From positions 4,064,001 to 4,128,000 of the forward strand of contig OZ242005.1 of NCBI GenBank assembly GCA_965204725.1: a stretch of 64,000 bases of DNA, given 5' to 3'. The notes below the pieces were generated by a model that worked only from the letters and a program-made list of their open reading frames with translations, did not search any database and was not told the DNA's origin. The translations under genes and the position numbers were made by a program. This document shows, one piece after another, positions 47,797 through 57,410 of this stretch (positions within the stretch are counted from its first letter, which is position 1; every line of letters begins with the position of its first letter). Source of the stretch: Candidatus Latescibacterota bacterium (GTDB lineage Bacteria; Latescibacterota; UBA2968; UBA8231).

Positions 47797-48887
47797 TATG
47801 CCTTCCTGATAAGGTTATAGATCTGGGTGGAACCCCGGTCACGCACCAATGGCTTTCGCCGACCGGTGATACCCTCGTATTGTAGGCCGACCGTTAAGGG
47901 GCGAGGGTCCAAGTCAAGGATATGGTTGAGGCCCTCGTCGAACGCCGCTTCTGGTATCTTCAAATATTCGCTGACCCTATCCCGGACCTCAGATAAGTCA
48001 TAGTACCCGGCGATCGGAGTCAAGCTCTCAAACACCTCGTAAATGGCCTTAAGGAGTTTGTCGAGTACTTTAAGATCAGCTATGTCCGGTTCGCAGAAAT
48101 AGATGTTAAAGGATTCGTCCGAGTTAAGACGAATATCTAGCGGGACATGCCAATTATTCGGAGGAAAATTCACCATACAGGGAGTATATGTCTTTAAGAA
48201 CTCACAACCTTCTTGGTTATGCTTCATTTGGTTTAATAATCGGAGACTTACCAACCGATCACACATCGCTCTGAACATGGGAACGCCTATACGCATTTCG
48301 GGAACCGCCTTTAGCAGAATACGATGACGTAAGGCATCCTCCATTTTCTTAGGGTTACTACCATTCAGTGTCGATAATACTTGGTCGGCCTGCTTAGCTG
48401 CTTCTTCACCAAATGTAGGAACAAGTAAACCAGTGATGTAATCCCTGTTATCAAATCTGTCCGCATTTACTACTGGACGCCAAATAGCCTCCAATTCTAA
48501 GTGCTTCTTAACTACCAACCGGAGATTATCATAAGTCCGCAAATGCTCCGTAGCCATAACACGCCGCAGTTTTTGGAATTGACGATTATCAAGAAGGGAT
48601 AAAACTGCCCTGCCCTTATCCGTCAGTTCATACGCCCCTCTCTTGACGGACTTGGCGAGTTGGAGATGTACCAATTCAGGGCAAATTTTTTCACCCACGG
48701 TCTCAAATGTACCCCTCGGCTCCGGCAACATTAGCCGCAAAGCTTTGTCACTGACATATTTGCGGACGCTCTTAGCAATTGTGTCTGTCTGCTCCTCTCG
48801 GCGAGCACTAGAAGGCAAACCTGCCAATACGCGCAGTCCGATATAGTGATAGCCAACGTCGGTTACGTTGTAGCTAGTTATATTCAC
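47796..48887 (-). CDS. Hypothetical protein, possible winged-helix domains
   Basis: GGAGG plus GTG start overlapping the upstream stop (GTGA); ELVHLQLA......YELTDKG resembles a wHTH wing. Confidence 0.65.
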   Translation of the reverse strand: MNITSYNVTDVGYHYIGLRVLAGLPSSARREEQTDTIAKSVRKYVSDKALRLMLPEPRGTFETVGEKICPELVHLQLAKSVKRGAYELTDKGRAVLSLLDNRQFQKLRRVMATEHLRTYDNLRLVVKKHLELEAIWRPVVNADRFDNRDYITGLLVPTFGEEAAKQADQVLSTLNGSNPKKMEDALRHRILLKAVPEMRIGVPMFRAMCDRLVSLRLLNQMKHNQEGCEFLKTYTPCMVNFPPNNWHVPLDIRLNSDESFNIYFCEPDIADLKVLDKLLKAIYEVFESLTPIAGYYDLSEVRDRVSEYLKIPEAAFDEGLNHILDLDPRPLTVGLQYEGITGRRKPLVRDRGSTQIYNLIRKA

Positions 48888-49663
48888 TGCATCGCCTCCC
48901 GGGCACTGGCTAAAAGCCAATTGCATTCCGCGTTAAGCTGCCGAAACGAATGGCTGATTACCTGAGATTCAGATTCAGCGACCACCCTCAACACAATAGT
49001 ATTTTCAGAACGATAGCCGAATCTACTGCTGATCCAATTATCCATTAACTTCAGCCATACATTGTTAAGCTCGGCACAAAAATCTTGAAACCGGTCGTGG
49101 AATTCTTCTGAAACTTGGAGACGACCCCGACGCAGTTCCACGTTAATCCTCTTTGCATTATCAACGAGTATGGGAACGGGTCTCAAACTAGGACTTACCG
49201 GGTGGATGCCAAGCCCAAGACACGCAGCCAAGCCGTTGATGTCGAACGCCGCGGTAGCCATGAATACAGGGCACAACTCCTTCAATAACAAATCCGGATT
49301 GAGGGCGAGATAGTCTAATATCTTGGCAAAGAAGACTATTACGTCGTTTTTCGCCGGAGGCCCCTGCCAGTTCTTCAGTTCCATTATAGCAGTGACATCC
49401 GGGTGTTTGGCCACGATGTCGATTTCGTGCAGAACACCGGATGCAGTAGACATCTCAGAACCGAGACGCATTTCTCGCTCCTGAGAAATCTCCCAACTAC
49501 TCAAGCTAGTAATACAACCGGTCCGAAAATTACGTTCAAATCCCTGATCGGGCAGGTTGTCACGAGCTGTGTGCTGCCATTCCTCGTTGACAAACCGATA
49601 GCAATGTTTGAGGAAGTCAACTGCTGCATTCGGCAGTTCATCTTCCACTCGGATGCTAACCAT
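48884..49663 (-). CDS. PD-(D/E)XK restriction-endonuclease-like protein
   Basis: FE...SGVLHEIDIVA......IMELKN catalytic pattern. Confidence 0.75.
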   Translation of the reverse strand: MVSIRVEDELPNAAVDFLKHCYRFVNEEWQHTARDNLPDQGFERNFRTGCITSLSSWEISQEREMRLGSEMSTASGVLHEIDIVAKHPDVTAIMELKNWQGPPAKNDVIVFFAKILDYLALNPDLLLKELCPVFMATAAFDINGLAACLGLGIHPVSPSLRPVPILVDNAKRINVELRRGRLQVSEEFHDRFQDFCAELNNVWLKLMDNWISSRFGYRSENTIVLRVVAESESQVISHSFRQLNAECNWLLASAREAMQ

Positions 49664-49793
49664 TTTTCCTCATCTCGTCGAGGTCCGTAATGCGTAGATC
49701 GTATAGCTGCTCATCCATGTCTCCTTGTATCTGAGTGTTTTTGGCTGTGCCAACTCGTGCTATGTGAAGAATGTACTTAGCTCCTACGATGTG

Positions 49794-50000
49794 TCAAGTC
49801 ATACCTTCTACATCTAACCCCACCGCCTTCCGCAACTCCTCCGGCTCCGGTACTTGGGCCGCCGCTCCAAAGCTCAGCACCTAACTCTTAATCTCATAGA
49901 ATTTCCCAGTTCGCAGCCGCTTTAGTAGCAAAAATCGCCCGTCCTCCTCCAACCACCGCCCCGCGGTCTGTTTGTAGGCCGCGCCCAATGGTTGGGCCAT
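49794..50000 (-). pseudogene. Remnant of a WYL-domain transcriptional regulator (WCX C-terminus)
   Basis: EIKS*VLSFGAAAQVPEPEELRKAV matches the WCX consensus W.LSFG....V.EP.ELR, with TAG at the Trp position (49881-49883). Confidence 0.65.
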
Positions 50001-50090
50001 GTCGTGCTTCCTCTGTGGTGAAATTGCAAAAAGGGGTCCAATTGAATAGAATAAGATGTGCGCTTTTTTCCCCTCACCAAGGAGCTTCTC

Positions 50091-51077
50091 ATGCACGTCG
50101 GCACTCAGCAGTTTAATACATCGGACGAAGACCTCGAATATCTGGCTCGTCACGGGGTCTTCAACAAAAACGAAAATTTCATCGCGTTCCACCGCGAATA
50201 CGGTTGGGACGTCGAAGAATTGGTCGCCAAGAAGGAGAAGTGCGCTCGCTTCGGCATCGACCTAGAGATGGTCGCCTTGCCCATGGCCCAGTTCAACGTC
50301 AACGGCGGAGGCGTCCCCAACTTTATGATGGGCAACTACGAAGAGGGCGATAAGGAGATTGCGCTGGTCGTCAACATGGTGCGGCAGGCGGCCGAAGCCG
50401 GCATCCCAGCCATCAAATACTACCTCTGCGCCCTTGAAAACCAGCGCACCGAAAGTACGCCCCCCGGCCGCGGCGGGTCCATCTACAGCACTTGGGACCT
50501 CGAAAAGGCCGACGCAGATACGCCTCGCTACGACCAACCCGTCACCGCCGAGGAAAACTGGCGTCGCATCACGTACTTCTTGGAAAGGGTCATCCCGGTG
50601 GCCACCGAGTGTAAGGTTCGCATGGCCTGCCATCCCTGCGACCCTTGGCTGCCGCCCGGCTTTAAGGGCATCGATCGCGTGATGGGGGGCTTTGACGGCT
50701 TCAAGCAGTTTATCGAGATCTGCCCTAGCCCCTACCACGGCGTCAATCTCTGCTTGGGCTGCATGGCCGAAAGCGTCGAAGACCCGCTCAACGAGGTCCC
50801 CGAAATCATCCGCTACTTAGGCTCGCGCAACAAAATTTTCCTCTGCCACTTTCGCAACATCGTCGGCAAGCGCAACAAGTTCCAAGAGGTCTGGCCCGAC
50901 GAGGGGGTGATGAACATGCACCGCAACATGCAGGCCCTCAAAGAAGTGGGCTACCAGCACATGTGCGTCCCGGATCACGCGCCCGGGCACAAAGACCCCC
51001 ATAGTATGCGCCAAGCCTTCGCCTACGAGTTCGGCTACATCCAAGCCATGATCCAAGCGGTGATGGACGAGAATTGA
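50091..51077 (+). CDS. uxuA: Mannonate dehydratase (UxuA) family protein
   Basis: YFLERVIPVA....VRMACHP.DP, HFRN and PDH.P motifs. Confidence 0.8.
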   Translation: MHVGTQQFNTSDEDLEYLARHGVFNKNENFIAFHREYGWDVEELVAKKEKCARFGIDLEMVALPMAQFNVNGGGVPNFMMGNYEEGDKEIALVVNMVRQAAEAGIPAIKYYLCALENQRTESTPPGRGGSIYSTWDLEKADADTPRYDQPVTAEENWRRITYFLERVIPVATECKVRMACHPCDPWLPPGFKGIDRVMGGFDGFKQFIEICPSPYHGVNLCLGCMAESVEDPLNEVPEIIRYLGSRNKIFLCHFRNIVGKRNKFQEVWPDEGVMNMHRNMQALKEVGYQHMCVPDHAPGHKDPHSMRQAFAYEFGYIQAMIQAVMDEN

Positions 51078-52684
51078 GCGAGCGCACCACCTACAGTCTC
51101 CACACATTCCGCAACGACGCTTTCGGCGGCCTCACGGCCGCGGTCGTGCTGCTGCCGAAAGCGTTGGCCTTTGGCGTGGCGTCCGGCATGGGGCCGCTAG
51201 CCGGTCTTTACAGTGCGATCGCGGTTTGCTTCTTCGCGACGATGTTCGGCGGGACGCCGGCGCAGATATCCGGCCCCACCGGCCCGATGACCGTGGCCAT
51301 GGTAGTCATCGTGGCTGGGTATGCCGACAGCCTCGCCGAAGCTCTTACGATCGTCATGCTCGGCGGCCTCTTGCAGATCGCGCTGGGCGCCCTGCGAATC
51401 GGCAGCTATGTGGAGTACACCCCGTACTCGGTAATCTCCGGGTTCCGCTCGGGTATTGGCGTCATCATCATACTGCTGCAAGTGCTGGCCATTTTCGGGA
51501 CCAAAACCCCTCCGGGCGGCCTAGTGGAGGCGATCCTCGCTTGGCCGGCCGCAATGGTCAACGCCGACGCGATCCTCTGTGTGCTGCTGACCCTAACCGT
51601 GGCCTTTTGCTGGCCCCACCGGCTACGCAAACTGTGCCCGCCGACGCTGGCGGCCCTAGCGGTGGGCACTCTAATCAGCCTAGCGTGGCTGGACGACGTC
51701 CCCGTGCTCGGCCCGATGCCGGCGGGCCTGCCGAGCCTGAACTGGCCGGTGCTGTCCCCCTCTTTCCTGCTCGGCGTCCTCGAACCGGCCTTTATTATCG
51801 CGCTGATAGGCTCCATCGACAGCCTGCTGACCTCGCTGGTGGCCGATTCGATCACGCGGACGAGCCACAAACCCAACCGCGAGCTGGTCGGGCAAGGGGT
51901 CGGCAATGTCATGGCAGGTCTCTTGGGCGGGCTGCCGGGGTCGGGGACGACTTCTTGTACGGTGGTAAATGTGCGGGCGGGTGGGCGGACGCGGGTGTCT
52001 GGCACGTTGTGCGCTCTACTCCTGCTGGGGCTGGGGCTGGAGCTAAGTGCGCTCACCGCGCAGATTCCCCATGCCGTGCTCGCCGGCATCCTGATGAAGG
52101 TCGGTTGGGACATCATCGACTGGCGCTTCCTCAAGCGCGTCCGCCAAATCCCACGCGATCATCTGGTCGTCATGTTTCTGACGCTTGGGCTTACCGTATT
52201 CGCGGATCTGGTCACCGCCGTGGCGATTGGGCTGATCGCCGCTGGCATGGCCAGCTCGAAGCGGTCGAAGGCCCTCGAACTAGACAGCGTGGTCTCGGTG
52301 CCGTTCCTCGATCAGACGCTCACCTCCTCGCAAGTGCCAGACCCCTACTTGGCGCGCGTCGGCCTAGTCGCTCTGCGGGGCCGGTTTTCCGTTGCTTCTT
52401 CAACCGCGCTAGTGCGCGTCATCGGCGAGGACATCCGCGAGCACGAGGCCGTGATCTTCGACTTCTCCGCCACCAAGCACATCGACGACAGCGCCGCTAT
52501 GGTCATCGAACGCCTGCTCGAGACGGCCGCTGACGAGAACACGGAATGCGTGATCATGGGCTTGTCCGGCTCGGTCGCCCATACCCTCCGCGCCCTCGGC
52601 ACCCTAGACGACGTCTCCCAAGACCGCTTCGTCGAAAGCCTAGATGAAGCTAAACGCCTCGCGCTCCGGCTGCTCGATAGCTAA
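51074..52684 (+). CDS. SulP family anion transporter with STAS domain (BicA-like)
   Basis: LPKALAFG, FGGTPAQISGPTGPMTV, IDSLLT and NRELVGQG.GN motifs. Confidence 0.92.
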   Translation: MSERTTYSLHTFRNDAFGGLTAAVVLLPKALAFGVASGMGPLAGLYSAIAVCFFATMFGGTPAQISGPTGPMTVAMVVIVAGYADSLAEALTIVMLGGLLQIALGALRIGSYVEYTPYSVISGFRSGIGVIIILLQVLAIFGTKTPPGGLVEAILAWPAAMVNADAILCVLLTLTVAFCWPHRLRKLCPPTLAALAVGTLISLAWLDDVPVLGPMPAGLPSLNWPVLSPSFLLGVLEPAFIIALIGSIDSLLTSLVADSITRTSHKPNRELVGQGVGNVMAGLLGGLPGSGTTSCTVVNVRAGGRTRVSGTLCALLLLGLGLELSALTAQIPHAVLAGILMKVGWDIIDWRFLKRVRQIPRDHLVVMFLTLGLTVFADLVTAVAIGLIAAGMASSKRSKALELDSVVSVPFLDQTLTSSQVPDPYLARVGLVALRGRFSVASSTALVRVIGEDIREHEAVIFDFSATKHIDDSAAMVIERLLETAADENTECVIMGLSGSVAHTLRALGTLDDVSQDRFVESLDEAKRLALRLLDS

Positions 52685-52687
52685 AGC

Positions 52688-53515
52688 ATGAGCACCGCCC
52701 ATCCTCTGCTCGACATCGAGCGCGTCAACGGGCCGCCCGGGCCGTATCTCGCAGCCATCGGCACCATCTTCGCTGTCTTTGGCCCGCGCACCCAAGACTC
52801 CGGCAATGTCTCCTATGGCGTACAGGTGGGCGGCGAGCGGTTCTTCGTCAAAACCACCAATCCTGGGGCCGAGGTCTTTGGCGACCACACGACCCGCGTG
52901 GCGCTTCTGTACAACGCGGCGCGGCTCAGGCAAAGCTGCGATCATCCAGCCTTGCCGGTCCTGCATCGCATCGTCGAAACCGCGCACGGCCCGGCGCTCG
53001 TGTACGACTGGGTAGAGGGCGAGTGCCTATACGGTGGGCGCGACGACCCCCAATCGGCGCATCAGCGGTTTCGCCGCCTGCCCGACGACGCCATTCTCGC
53101 CGTGCTCGACGCGATCTACGATTTGCACGTCCAGCTCGCCCGACGCGGGTGGATTGCCGTGGATTTCTACGACGGCTGCCTGATGTATGACTTTGAGCGC
53201 CACGTCGCGCACGTCGTGGATCTCGACATGTATCGCTTGGGGGCGTTCACCAACCGGATGGGGCGGATGTTTGGCTCGACGCGCTTTATGGCTCCAGAGG
53301 AATTTGAGCGCGGCGCACAAATCGACGAGCGCACGACCGTCTTTACCATGGGCCGCGCCGCAATCGCATTCCTCGGCGACGACCTCGGCGGCGCACTGGG
53401 GGCGGTGGTGCAACGCGCCTGTCGCCAGCAACGCGACGCACGCTACCGCTCTCTAAAGGAGTTTTACGCTGCTTGGCAGCAGGCGAGGCGGCTAGGGCGC
53501 GGCTGTACCCTTTAG
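52688..53515 (+). CDS. Ser/Thr protein kinase-like protein
   Basis: FFVK, VDFYDG, VDLD.Y and GSTRFMAPEE motifs. Confidence 0.75.
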   Translation: MSTAHPLLDIERVNGPPGPYLAAIGTIFAVFGPRTQDSGNVSYGVQVGGERFFVKTTNPGAEVFGDHTTRVALLYNAARLRQSCDHPALPVLHRIVETAHGPALVYDWVEGECLYGGRDDPQSAHQRFRRLPDDAILAVLDAIYDLHVQLARRGWIAVDFYDGCLMYDFERHVAHVVDLDMYRLGAFTNRMGRMFGSTRFMAPEEFERGAQIDERTTVFTMGRAAIAFLGDDLGGALGAVVQRACRQQRDARYRSLKEFYAAWQQARRLGRGCTL

Positions 53516-53636
53516 GTCCCAACGCCGTATCGCCTAGTCCCCACTCTGTACTGCAATATCCCTATCGCTCTCAGAGGACATCCCCGTTGGCACGGTTCTT
53601 GTTTGTTCTTGTGTGTCTCACACAGAAAGGAACCCC

Positions 53637-55166
53637 ATGCCCTCCACTGTCCTCTCGGCCGCTACGCTCGGGATTGACGCGTACCCGGTCCACGTCGAAG
53701 TCGATACCGACCGCAGCTTGCCGACCTTTACGGTCGTCGGCCTGCCCGACTCCGCAGTCCGCGAAAGCAAAGAGCGCGTCTTGGCGGCCATCAAAAACGC
53801 CGGCTATCAGTGGCCGCGCCGCAAGATCACCATCAACCTCGCGCCGGCCGACCGCAAGAAGGAAGGCTCGGCTTTCGACCTGCCCATAGCCGTGGGCGTC
53901 TTGGCGGCCTCCCGGCAAATCGATCCGGTGAGCCTCCCCGAGTTCGCGCTCTTGGGCGAGCTGTCGCTCAACGGCAGCGTGCGCCCGGTACACGGCATGC
54001 TTTCCATGGCCACGTCCCTGCACCAGCAGGGCCTCTACGGCATGATCGTGCCGACGCAAAACGCCCGCGAGGCCGCCATTGCCAATGGGCCGCTCGTCTA
54101 TGGCGTCAGCTCGCTGAACGAGGCGCTAGCCATTCTGACCGGCGATGCGCGCCAACGACCCTACGAACTGGATGTGGAAGAAGTGTTTAGCAGCAACGCC
54201 AACTACGGGATTGACTTTGCGGAAGTGCGCGGCCAAGACCACGCCAAGCGCGCCCTTGAAGTCGCCGCCAGCGGGGGGCACAACTTGCTCATGGTCGGGC
54301 CGCCGGGATCGGGCAAGACCATGCTCGCCCGCCGCCTGCCCACGATCCTCCCGGCCCCGACCCTGCAAGAAGCGCTCGATACCACCAAGATCCATTCGGT
54401 CGCCGGGATCCTTCCCGTAGGCCAAGCCCTAGTCGCCACTCGGCCCTTCCGCGCCCCGCACCACACCATCTCGGACGCTGGTCTCATCGGCGGCGGCGCG
54501 TACCCGCGCCCGGGCGAGGTGTCGCTCGCCCATCACGGCGTGCTCTTCCTAGACGAGCTGCCCGAGTTCCGCCGCAACGTCGTCGAGGCCCTGCGCCAGC
54601 CGCTTGAAGACCACGCCGTCACCATCACGCGGGCGCAGATCGCGCTCGCCTATCCCGCGGACTTTACCCTCGTCGCGGCAATGAATCCCTGCCCTTGCGG
54701 CTACCTTGCGGACGCCCGCCACACTTGCACGTGCTCTCCGGCCGCAATCCGCCGCTATCGCGCCCGCGTCTCCGGGCCACTCCTCGACCGCATCGACATC
54801 CACATCGAAGTGCCGACCCTCGCCTACGACGACTTGGCCAGCAAGAAAGACGGCGAAAACTCAGCGCACATCCGCCAGCGCGTCAACGGCGCTCGCCAGC
54901 GGCAACTCGACCGCTTTGCCGGCGAGCTATTCTGCAACGCCCAGATGGGTGCGCGGCACACCCGCCGCCACTGCTCGCTCGACGACGCTGGACAGTCCCT
55001 GCTCGAAAAAGCCATGGCCCGCCTCGGTCTCTCGGCCCGGGCCTACGACCGCATCCTCAAAGTCGCCCGCACCATCGCGGACTTAGCCGACGACAGCACG
55101 ATCCAACCGCAGCACTTAGCCGAAGCCATCCAATATCGCGCCCTCGACCGCAACACCCTTCCGTAG
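53637..55166 (+). CDS. comM: YifB/ComM Mg-chelatase-like AAA+ ATPase
   Basis: VGLPDSAVRES, GPPGSGKTMLA, RPFRAPHH, GEVSLAH.GVLFLDE and AAMNPCPCG motifs. Confidence 0.95.
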   Translation: MPSTVLSAATLGIDAYPVHVEVDTDRSLPTFTVVGLPDSAVRESKERVLAAIKNAGYQWPRRKITINLAPADRKKEGSAFDLPIAVGVLAASRQIDPVSLPEFALLGELSLNGSVRPVHGMLSMATSLHQQGLYGMIVPTQNAREAAIANGPLVYGVSSLNEALAILTGDARQRPYELDVEEVFSSNANYGIDFAEVRGQDHAKRALEVAASGGHNLLMVGPPGSGKTMLARRLPTILPAPTLQEALDTTKIHSVAGILPVGQALVATRPFRAPHHTISDAGLIGGGAYPRPGEVSLAHHGVLFLDELPEFRRNVVEALRQPLEDHAVTITRAQIALAYPADFTLVAAMNPCPCGYLADARHTCTCSPAAIRRYRARVSGPLLDRIDIHIEVPTLAYDDLASKKDGENSAHIRQRVNGARQRQLDRFAGELFCNAQMGARHTRRHCSLDDAGQSLLEKAMARLGLSARAYDRILKVARTIADLADDSTIQPQHLAEAIQYRALDRNTLP

Positions 55167-55228
55167 CGCATTGAGTTCCCAATCTTCATATTCTCAGGCA
55201 GCCGTCCCTACCATCAAAGGAAACGACC

Positions 55229-56155
55229 ATGGCCTCTAGTCCCGACCCGCGCATTCCTTGGTACACTCCCGTCGGTGCAGTAACCGTAGAAAACCCCACC
55301 CCAAGCAAACCCCACCAAGGCAAAGTGCTGGCCGCCGTCCAAGCCCATGCGGATGACATTCCCCTCTTCTGCGCCGGCCTCGTCGCCAAGCTCATGGCCG
55401 AAGGCTACACTGCCTACTTGATCCAGACCACCAACGACGAGAAGTGCGGCCCAGGGACGATGGGCGAGACCATCCTCCAGAACGAGCGCGAAGTCGAAGT
55501 GCTCGCCGAGGAGTTGGGCTTCAAACAGGTCATCCACCTCGGCTACCGCAACCACTTTCTCGACGAAGCCGCGCCCACGGAACTCCGCGCTCGACTCGTC
55601 TTTCTGATTCGCGCCCTCAAAATCGACACCATTACGACCTTTAGTCCTTGGGGCCACTGGGAGGAAAACCCGGATCACTACGTTACCGGCCAAGCGGTCG
55701 AAGCCGCGCGCTGGATGGCCGGCATGAACAAGGACTATCCCGAACAGCTAGCCTGCGGCATGCAGCCCCACTCGGTGCAAGACCTTTACTACTGGACCTG
55801 CCGCCCCGGCCAGCCCTACAACACGGTCGTCGATATATCGCCTCATATCGAGGAAAAGGTGGCCGCGATGAGCGCCAATAAGGCCCAAGGCCCAGCCGGT
55901 GCCCACGGCCGCCACCTCAAGGCGCGGCTGGCGCGTCAGGGCCAGTACCTGCCCGCCTTGGGCGACGACGACGAGGAAGCCGACCGCCAGTACATTCGCC
56001 TCTTCGGCTTACAAGAGTACCAGCGCATTGGCGCGCCCTATGGCTTGGACTACGCCGAGGCATTTTACTACGTGCCGCTGGGCGGAACCTTTACCGGCGC
56101 AATGAGCGGGGAGGACATTGAGCGCTATGTAGCAGAACACGCCGAGAACTTGTAG
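55229..56155 (+). CDS. PIG-L/LmbE family deacetylase
   Basis: AHADD, NPDH, VDIS..IE.K and YAEAF motifs. Confidence 0.85.
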   Translation: MASSPDPRIPWYTPVGAVTVENPTPSKPHQGKVLAAVQAHADDIPLFCAGLVAKLMAEGYTAYLIQTTNDEKCGPGTMGETILQNEREVEVLAEELGFKQVIHLGYRNHFLDEAAPTELRARLVFLIRALKIDTITTFSPWGHWEENPDHYVTGQAVEAARWMAGMNKDYPEQLACGMQPHSVQDLYYWTCRPGQPYNTVVDISPHIEEKVAAMSANKAQGPAGAHGRHLKARLARQGQYLPALGDDDEEADRQYIRLFGLQEYQRIGAPYGLDYAEAFYYVPLGGTFTGAMSGEDIERYVAEHAENL

Positions 56156-56273
56156 TGCGGTGGCTTCACCTCGTCTTTAGCAGTTGGGACGCAGGGTCTT
56201 CTCGCTGAAGGTGCTGCGAATGTTGCGGCGTCCTATTGATTATAGCGTAGCGGTTCTCAAAGGAGGAATGCCC

Positions 56274-57410
56274 ATGCAAAGCGACTTCCACCCCTCCACG
56301 TTCGCGCCCCCGCTCGTGTGGTTGCGCCTCATTCTGGCGAACCGGGGTGTGGCAAGGCCGTATTGGGGTAAACTCGCACGGATTCTGATCACCACCAGCC
56401 TAGCCACGCCGTTGCGCCTTGCGGAATGGTTGCTGTATTCCCGGCAAATCGCCAACACCAAGATCGAGCAAGACCCTTTGTTCATCTTGGGGTTCGGGCG
56501 TTCCGGCACGACGCACTTGCAGAATCTGCTCGCGCAAGACCCGACCTACGGATACCTGACGACCTTTCAGATGATCATGCCGACCTTTTCGCTGGTCGGG
56601 CGGGGATGGTTGAAACGCCGGATGGAAAAGGGCATGAAAGACATGGGCGAGCAAACTCGGCGGATGGATAACGTGAAAGTCGATCTGGATTCGCCGCAAG
56701 AGGAAGATGTAGCACTCGCCAATTCGAGCGACATGTCCTTTGTCCACCAACTTTCCTTTCCGCAGCAGAGCCGCCGGTTGTTTGAAAAGTACGTGCTGAT
56801 GGGCGCGGACCCCGAGGGCGAGCGTCTGACGGCAAGCGAACTGCGCCGGTGGGAGCGGACGTACCTGCGCGTCTTGCAGAAAATGACGCTCCATGCCGAT
56901 GGGCGACAACTCTTGTTGCGAAATACCATCAATATAGGCCGGGCCGATCACCTGCTGCGCCTCTTTCCCGACGCCAAGTTCATTCACATCGTGCGCAATC
57001 CATACAACTTGTATCCGTCGCTCATGAAGTTGTACCGCACCATGCTTCCCCTGTATCAACTAGACGACTACGATTGGCCGGAAGTGGAGGAGTTCCTCGT
57101 CGAGATTTATTCGCGCTTGATGCAGAAGTACTTGGCGGACCGCGCTCTGATTCCGGCTGGTCACCTCGCGGAAGTGCGCTTTGAGGATCTAGAGCGCGAC
57201 CCGCTCGGCGAACTGGCGCGGCTCTACGCCGAGCTCGACTTGCCCAACTGGGAAAACGCCCAGACCCATATCGCCGCGTACCTCAAGACCATCGCCGGTT
57301 ATCGCAAGAACGTGTTCCGAATCGATCCAGCGATTATTGAGCGGGTAGATGAGAACTGGCGGTTCGCCGTAGAAGAATGGAACTATCTTCCAAGGGAAGA
57401 ATGCCCATGA
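56274..57410 (+). CDS. PAPS-dependent sulfotransferase, copy 1
   Basis: FILGFGRSGTTHL (5'-PSB), IHIVRNPY (3'-PB) and VRFEDL..DP motifs. Confidence 0.9.
   Translation: MQSDFHPSTFAPPLVWLRLILANRGVARPYWGKLARILITTSLATPLRLAEWLLYSRQIANTKIEQDPLFILGFGRSGTTHLQNLLAQDPTYGYLTTFQMIMPTFSLVGRGWLKRRMEKGMKDMGEQTRRMDNVKVDLDSPQEEDVALANSSDMSFVHQLSFPQQSRRLFEKYVLMGADPEGERLTASELRRWERTYLRVLQKMTLHADGRQLLLRNTINIGRADHLLRLFPDAKFIHIVRNPYNLYPSLMKLYRTMLPLYQLDDYDWPEVEEFLVEIYSRLMQKYLADRALIPAGHLAEVRFEDLERDPLGELARLYAELDLPNWENAQTHIAAYLKTIAGYRKNVFRIDPAIIERVDENWRFAVEEWNYLPREECP

Noticed and set aside
538-50000. Amber (TAG) recoding suggested by in-frame TAGs at 664-666 and 49881-49883
   Set aside because: TAG is the normal terminator of many intact genes here (M28 peptidase, rpn, comM, tag), and no pyl genes or suppressor tRNA are visible. 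Point mutations are the simpler explanation.
46272-50057. Direct repeats or att sites bounding the defence-like island
   Set aside because: None found by eye, and no integrase or tRNA is adjacent. A computational repeat search is needed to exclude short ones.
53637-55166. comM as an integration hotspot
   Set aside because: The gene is intact, with no insertion or att-like duplication visible.
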